From Auanema rhodensis (Eukaryota > Animalia > Nematoda): a stretch of DNA of 64,000 nucleotides. The notes below the pieces were generated by a model. That model did not search any database. It saw only the letters and a program-made list of their open reading frames with translations, and had not been told where the DNA came from. The stretch lies in assembly GCA_964057225.1 (NCBI GenBank), contig OZ059900.1, positions 992,001 to 1,056,000 of the forward strand, written 5' to 3'. The translations under genes and the position numbers were made by a program. Shown one piece after another: positions 56,623 through 64,000 of this stretch; position 1 is the stretch's first letter; the number at the start of each line of letters is the position of its first letter.

Positions 56623-58012
56623 GAGAATCAAACACACAATACACGAAATAAGTTTATTTTGACGAGTTTGCACTGATATTTATTCATTTTGATCAAAAAA
56701 GGTCGAAAATAGAAAGATTTTTTGAAATTTCCGAGTTTTGAGTCTAATTTGGCTAAATCGCTCATATATATGATCAGAAGCATAGATGTATTGTCTATGA
56801 CAACAAAAGTCATTAATTGAACACTAATGATGTTTAAATCACTGAATTTCGCTCAAATAGCATTACTACACTAAGGATGGTCGTTTTTATGCCTTTAACA
56901 CCATATACTCACCGATTTTTGGTACAAAATCTGTGATACTCGTAAATTTTGATCATATTCGTTAAGATTCAAGAATCAAACACACAATACACGAAATAAG
57001 TTCATTTTTACAAGTTTGCACTGATATTTATTCATTTTGATCAAAAAAGGTCGAAAATAGAAAGAATTTTTGAAATTTACGAGTTTTGAGTCTAATTTCG
57101 CTAAATCGCTCATATATATGATCAGAAGCATAGTTTTATTGTCTATGACAACAAAAGTCATTAATTAAACACTAATGATGTTTAAATACTGATTTTCGCT
57201 CAAATAGCATTACTACACTAAGTATGGTCGTTTTTATACCTTCAACACCATATACTCACCGATTTTTGGTACAAAATCTGTAATACTTGTAAATTTCGAT
57301 CATATTCGTTAAGATTTGAGAATCAAACACATAATACACGAAATAAGTCTATTTTTACAAGTTTGCACTGATATATATTCATTTTGATCAAAAAAGGTCG
57401 AAAATAGAAAGAATTTTTGAAATTTCCGAGTTTTGAGTCCAATTTGGCTAAATCGCTCATATATATGATCAAAAGCATAGTTCTATTGTCTATAACAACA
57501 AAAGTCTTCAATTAAACGCTAGTGATGTTTTAATATTGAATTTCGCTCAAATAGCATTACTACACTAAGTATGGTCGTTTTTATGCCTTTAACACCATAT
57601 ACTCACCGATTTTTGGTACAAAATCTGTAATACTCGTAAATTTTGATCATATTCGTTAAGATTTGAGAATCAAACATACAATACACGAAATCAGTCTATT
57701 TTTATGAGCTTGCACTGATATATATTCATTTTGATCAAAAAAGGTCGAAAATAGAAAGAATTTTTGAAATTTACGAGTTTTGAGTCTAATTTGGCTAAAT
57801 CGCTCATATATATGATCAGAAGCATAGTTTTATTGTCTATGACAACAAAAGTCATTAATTAAACACTAATAATGTTTAAATCACTAAATTTCGCTCAAAT
57901 AGCATTACTACACTAAGTATGGTCGTTTTTATGCCTTTAACACCATATACTCACCGATTTTTGGTACAAAATCTGTAATACTTGTAAATTTTGATCATAT
58001 TCGTTAAGATTC

Positions 58013-61000
58013 GAGAATCAAACACATAATACACGAAATAAGTCTATTTTTACAAGTTTGCACTGATATTTATTTATTTTGATCAAAAAAGGTCGAAAAT
58101 AGAAAGAATTTTTGAAATTTCCGAGTTTTGAGTCTAATTTGGCTAAATCGCTCATATATATGATCAGAAGCATAGTTTTATTGTCTATGACAACAAAAAT
58201 CATCAATTAAACGCTAGTGATGTTTAAATACTGATTTTCGCTCAAATAGCATTACTACACTAAGTATGGTCGTTTTTATGCCTTTAACACCATATACTCA
58301 CCGATTTTTGGTACAAAATCTGTAATACTTGTAAATTTTGATCATATTCGTTAAGATTTGAGAATCAAACATACAATACACAAAATCAGTCTATTTTTAT
58401 GAGCTTGCACTGATATATATTCATTTTGATCAAAAAAGGTCGAAAATAGAAAGAATTTTTGAAATTTCCGAGTTTTGAGTCTAATTTGGCTAAATCGCTC
58501 ATATATATGATCAGAAGCATAGTTTTATTGTCTATGACAACAAAAATCATCAATTAAACGCTAGTGATGTTTAAATACTGATTTTCGCTCAAATAGCATT
58601 ACTACACTAAGTATGGTCGTTTTTATGCCTTTAACACCATATACTCACCGATTTTTGGTACAAAATCTGTAATACTTGTAAATTTTGATCATATTCGTTA
58701 AGATTCGAGAATCAAACACATAATACACGAAATAAGTCTATTTTTACAAGTTTGCACTGATATTTATTCATTTTGATCAAAAAAGATCGAAAATAGAAAG
58801 AATTTTTGAAATTTCCGAGTTTTGAGTCCAATTGGGCTAAATCGCTCATATATATGATCAAAAGCATAGTTTTACTGTCTATGATAACAAAAGTCTTCAA
58901 ATATACACTAGTAATGATTAAATCACTGAATTTCACTCAAATAGCATTACTACACTAAGTATGGTCGTTTTTATGCCTTTAACACCATATACTCACCGAT
59001 TTTTGGTACAAAATCTGTAATACTTGTAAATTTCGATCATATTCGTTAAGATTTGAGAATCAAACACATAATACACGAAATAAGTCTATTTTTACAAGTT
59101 TGCACTGATATATATTCATTTTGATCAAAAAAGGTCGAAAATAGAAAGAATTTTTGAAATTTCCGAGTTTTGAGTCTAATTTGGCTAAATCGCTCATATA
59201 TATGATCAGAAGCATAGTTTTATTGTCTATGACAACAAAAATCATCAATTAAACGCTAGTGATGTTTAAATACTGATTTTCGCTCAAATAGCATTACTAC
59301 ACTAAGTATGGTCGTTTTTATGCCTTTAACACCATATACTCACCGATTTTTGGTACAAAATCTGTAATACTTGTAAATTTTGATCATATTCGGTGAGATT
59401 CGAGAATCAAACACACAATACACGAAATAAGTCTATTTTTACAAGTTTGCACTGATATTTATTCATTTTGATCAAAAAAGGTCGAAAATAGAAAGAATTT
59501 TTGAAATTTCCGAGTTTTGAGTCTAATTTGGCTAAATCGCTCATATATATGATCAAAAGCATAGTTTTATTGTCTATGACAACAAAAGTCATCAATTAAA
59601 CGCTAGTGATGATTAAATCACTGAATTTCACTCAAATAGCATTACTACACTAAGTATGGTCGTTTTTATGCCTTTAACACCATATACTCACCGATTTTTG
59701 GTACAAAATCTGTAATACTTGTAAATTTTGATCATATTCGTTAAGATTCGAGAATCAAACACATAATACACGAAATAAGTCTATTTTTATGAGTTTGCAC
59801 TGATATTTATTCATTTTGATCAAAAAAGGTCGAAAATAGAAAGAATTTTTGAAATTTCCGAGTTTTGAGTCTAATTTGGCTAAATCGCTCATATATATGA
59901 TCAGAAGCATAGTTTTATTGTCTATGACAACAAAAATCATCAATTAAACGCTAGTGATGTTTAAATACTGATTTTCGCTCAAATAGCATTACTACACTAA
60001 GTATGGTCGTTTTTATGCCTTTAACACCATATACTCACCGATTTTTGGTACAAAATCTGTAATACTTGTAAATTTTGATCATATTCGTTAAGATTTGAGA
60101 ATCAAACATACAATACACAAAATCAGTCTATTTTTATGAGCTTGCACTGATATATATTCATTTTGATCAAAAAAGGTCGAAAATAGAAAGAATTTTTGAA
60201 ATTTCCGAGTTTTGAGTCTAATTTGGCTAAATCGCTCATATATATGATCAGAAGCATAGTTTTATTGTCTATGACAACAAAAATCATCAATTAAACGCTA
60301 GTGATGTTTAAATACTGATTTTCGCTCAAATAGCATTACTACACTAAGTATGGTCGTTTTTATGCCTTTAACACCATATACTCACCGATTTTTGGTACAA
60401 AATCTGTAATACTTGTAAATTTTGATCATATTCGTTAAGATTCGAGAATCAAACACATAATACACGAAATAAGTCTATTTTTACAAGTTTGCACTGATAT
60501 TTATTCATTTTGATCAAAAAAGATCGAAAATAGAAAGAATTTTTGAAATTTCCGAGTTTTGAGTCCAATTGGGCTAAATCGCTCATATATATGATCAAAA
60601 GCATAGTTTTACTGTCTATGATAACAAAAGTCTTCAAATATACACTAGTAATGATTAAATCACTGAATTTCACTCAAATAGCATTACTACACTAAGTATG
60701 GTCGTTTTTATGCCTTTAACACCATATACTCACCGATTTTTGGTACAAAATCTGTAATACTTGTAAATTTTGATCATATTCGTTAAGATTCGAGAATCAA
60801 ACACATAATACACGAAATAAGTCTATTTTTATGAGTTTGCACTGATATTTATTCATTTTGATCAAAAAAGGTCGAAAATAGAAAGAATTTTTGAAATTTC
60901 CGAGTTTTGAGTCTAATTTGGCTAAATCGCTCATATATATGATCAGAAGCATAGTTTTATTGTCTATGACAACAAAAATCATCAATTAAACGCTAGTGAT

Positions 61001-61138
61001 GTTTAAATACTGATTTTCGCTCAAATAGCATTACTACACTAAGTATGGTCGTTTTTATGCCTTTAACACCATATACTCACCGATTTTTGGTACAAAATCT
61101 GTAATACTCGTAAATTTTGATCATATTCGTTAAGATTT
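58013..61138. repeat. 5-monomer duplication, period 1737 bp (second copy partial)
   Basis: ORFs 58712/60449 are identical and 58018/59755 near-identical. The ORF-less monomers at 58365/60102 match. Confidence 0.8.
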
Positions 61139-64000
61139 GAGAATCAAACATACAATACACGAAATCAGTCTATTTTTATGAGCTTGCACTGATATATATT
61201 CATTTTGATCAAAAAAGGTCGAAAATAGAAAGAATTTTTGAAATTTACGAGTTTTGAGTCTAATTTGGCTAAATCGCTCATATATATGATCAGAAACATA
61301 GTTTTATTGTCTATGACAACAAAAGTCATTAATTAAACACTAATAATGTTTAAATCACTAAATTTCGCTCAAATAGCATTACTACACTAAGTATGGTCGT
61401 TTTTATGCCTTTAACACCATATACTCACCGATTTTTGGTACAAAATCTGTAATACTTGTAAATTTTGATCATATTCGTTAAGATTCGAGAATCAAACACA
61501 TAATACACGAAATAAGTCTATTTTTATGAGTTTGCACTGATATTTATTCATTTTGATCAAAAAAGGTCGAAAATAGAAAGAATTTTTGAAATTTCCGAGT
61601 TTTGAGTCTAATTTGGCTAAATCGCTCATATATATGATCAGAAGCATAGTTTTATTGTCTATGACAACAAAAATCATCAATTAAACGCTAGTGATGTTTA
61701 AATACTGATTTTCGCTCAAATAGCATTACTACACTAAGTATGGTCGTTTTTATGCCTTTAACACCATATACTCACCGATTTTTGGTACAAAATCTGTAAT
61801 ACTTGTAAATTTTGATCATATTCGTCAAGATTCGAGAATCAAACACATAATACACAAAATAAGTCTATTTTTATGAGTTTGCACTGATATTTATTCATTT
61901 TGATCAAAAAAGGTCGAAAATAGAAAGAATTTTTGAAATTTCCGAGTTTTGAGTCTAATTTGGCTAAATCGCTCATATATATGATCAGAAGCATAGTTTT
62001 ATTGTCTATGACAACAAAAATCATCAATCAAACGCTAGTGATGTTTAAATACTGATTTTCGCTCAAATAGCATTACTACACTAAGTATGGTCGTTTTTAT
62101 GCCTTTAACACCATATACTCACCGATTTTTGGTACAAAATCTGTAATACTTGTAAATTTTGATCATATTCGTTAAGATTTGAGAATCAAACATACAATAC
62201 ACAAAATCAGTCTATTTTTATGAGCTTGCACTGATATATATTCATTTTGATCAAAAAAGGTCGAAAATAGAAAGAATTTTTGAAATTTCCGAGTTTTGAG
62301 TCTAATTTGGCTAAATCGCTCATATATATGATCAGAAGCATAGTTTTATTGTCTATGACAACAAAAATCATCAATTAAACGCTAGTGATGTTTAAATACT
62401 GATTTTCGCTCAAATAGCAATACTACACTAAGTATGGTCGTTTTTATGCCTTTAACACCATATACTCACCGATTTTTGGTACAAAATCTGTAATACTTGT
62501 AAATTTTGATCATATTCGTTAAGATTCGAGAATCAAACACATAATACACGAAACAAGTCTATTTTTATAAGTTTGCACTGATATTTATTCATTTTGATCA
62601 AAAAAGATCGAAAATAGAAAGAATTTTTGAAATTTACGAGTTTTGAGTCTAATTTGGCTAAATCGCTCATATATATGATCAAAAGCATAGTTTTACTGTC
62701 TATGATAACAAAAGTCTTCAAATATACACCAGTAATGATTAAATCACTGAATTTCACTCAAATAGCATTACTACACTAAGTATGGTCGTTTTTATGCCTT
62801 TAACACCATATACTCACCGATTTTTGGTACAAAATCTGTAATACTTGTAAATTTTGATCATATTCGTTAAGATTCGAGAATCAAACACACAATACACGAA
62901 ATGAGTTTATTTTCACGAGTTTGCACTGATATTTATTCATTTTGATCAAAAAAGGTCGAAAATAGAAAGAATTTTTGAATTTTCCGAGTTTTGAGTCCAA
63001 TTGGGCTAAATCGCTCATATATATGATCAAAAGCATAGTTTTACTGTCTATGATAACAAAAGTCTTCAAATATACACCAGTAATGATTAAATCACTGAAT
63101 TTCACTCAAATAGCATTACTACACTAAGTATGGTCGTTTTTATGCCTTTAACACCATATACTCACCGATTTTTGGTACAAAATCTGTAATACTTGTAAAT
63201 TTTGATCATATTCGTTAAGATTTGAGAATCAAACATACAATACACAAAATCAGTCTATTTTTATGAGCTTGCACTGATATATATTCATTTTGATCAAAAA
63301 AGGTCGAAAATAGAAAGATTTTTTGAAATTTCCGAGTTTTGAGTCTAATTTGGCTAAATCGCTCATATATATGATCAGAAGCATAGTTTTATTGTGTATG
63401 ACAACAAAAATCATCAATTAAACGCTAGTGATGTTTAAATACTGATTTTCGCTCAAATAGCATTACTACACTAAGTATGGTCGTTTTTATGCCTTTAACA
63501 CCATATACTCACCGATTTTTGGTACAAAATCTGTAATACTCGTAAATTTTGATCATATTCGTTAAGATTTGAGAATCAAACATACAATACACGAAATCAG
63601 TCTATTTTTATGAGCTCGCACTGATATATATTCATTTTGATCAAAAAAGGTCGAAAATAGAAAGAATTTTTGAAATTTACGAGTTTTGAGTCTAATTTGG
63701 CTAAATCGCTCATATATATGATCAGAAGCATAGTTTTATTGTCTATGACAACAAAAATCATCAATTAAACGCTAGTGATGTTTTAATACTGAATTTCGCT
63801 CAAATAGCATTACTACACTAAGTATGGTCGTTTTTATGCCTTTAACACCATATACTCACCGATTTTTGGTACAAAATCTGTAATACTTGTAAATTTTGAT
63901 CATTTTCGTTAAGATTCGAGAATCAAACACATAATACACGAAATAAGTCTATTTTTATGAGTTTGCACTGATATTTATTCATTTTGATCAAAAAAGGTCG

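Larger units (their letters stand above)
1..64000. repeat. Satellite DNA tandem array, 347/348-bp monomer, ~184 head-to-tail copies, running off both window ends
   Basis: GAGAATCAAAC or a 1-2 nt variant recurs at 3, 351, 698, 1046... The stop codons of the repeated ORF fall at 356, 703, 1051, 1746, 2093... in steps of 347/348 or multiples. All copies are in the same orientation and differ almost only by substitutions. Confidence 0.99.

Noticed and set aside
356-63105. Well over 100 near-identical 61-75 aa minus-strand ORFs, read as a tandem gene family
   Set aside because: They are one reading frame inside the satellite monomer. A common allele (ATCAGTC, TGA on the minus strand) truncates it in many copies, several starts are TTG/GTG, the variants are often non-synonymous, and the I/K/F/L-rich composition is what AT-rich DNA gives. 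No recognisable domain. Ribo-seq/proteomics or dN/dS well below 1 would be needed to revive it.
1-64000. CRISPR array or repeat-spacer/cassette system (conserved blocks alternating with variable blocks)
   Set aside because: The variable blocks are alleles of the same sequence differing by SNPs, not unique spacers or cassettes. There are no cas, integrase or other genes in the window.
1-64000. Tandem 5S rRNA, tRNA, snRNA or spliced-leader gene array
   Set aside because: The unit size is compatible, but at ~28% GC I see no 5S or tRNA sequence, no convincing Pol III A/B/C boxes and no recognisable spliced-leader exon. An Infernal/Rfam scan of the consensus would settle it.
1-64000. Embedded transposon, inversion or telomeric repeat
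   Set aside because: Monomer phase is kept across the whole window in steps of 347/348 (once 352), all ORF copies are on one strand, and I saw no telomere-type repeat runs.
1-64000. Whole array as an assembly artefact
   Set aside because: Monomers carry structured, hierarchical and private variants rather than being identical copies. Individual near-perfect duplications still need read-level confirmation.

Overview
The whole 64-kb window is one uninterrupted, head-to-tail, single-orientation array of an AT-rich satellite repeat. GC is about 28%, hand-counted over 361-720. The monomer is 347/348 bp and there are about 184 copies. I see no gene, RNA gene, transposon, CRISPR array, inversion or unique sequence. 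The 61-101 aa minus-strand ORFs are one chance reading frame carried by the monomer. The interest lies in the array architecture: (i) the monomer looks like an ancient dimer of two diverged ~170-180 bp halves; (ii) monomers are mosaics of a few left-half and right-half haplotypes whose order suggests an older ~8-monomer (~2.78 kb) higher-order repeat (HOR); (iii) this order is overprinted by recent local duplications of 2, 3, 4, 5, 7, 8, 9 and 11 monomers, most marked by private SNPs; (iv) variants are layered, with a more homogeneous central domain between mutually similar flanks; (v) polymorphisms cluster at CG and CHG sites, as expected for methylated, possibly plant, heterochromatin; (vi) each monomer has several short dyads and ~10-bp-phased A/T tracts. 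This fits eukaryotic centromeric, pericentromeric or subtelomeric satellite DNA, but species and function cannot be fixed from sequence alone. Monomer boundaries are set arbitrarily at GAGAATCAAAC (3, 351, 698, 1046...). HOR edges are rounded to monomer boundaries.
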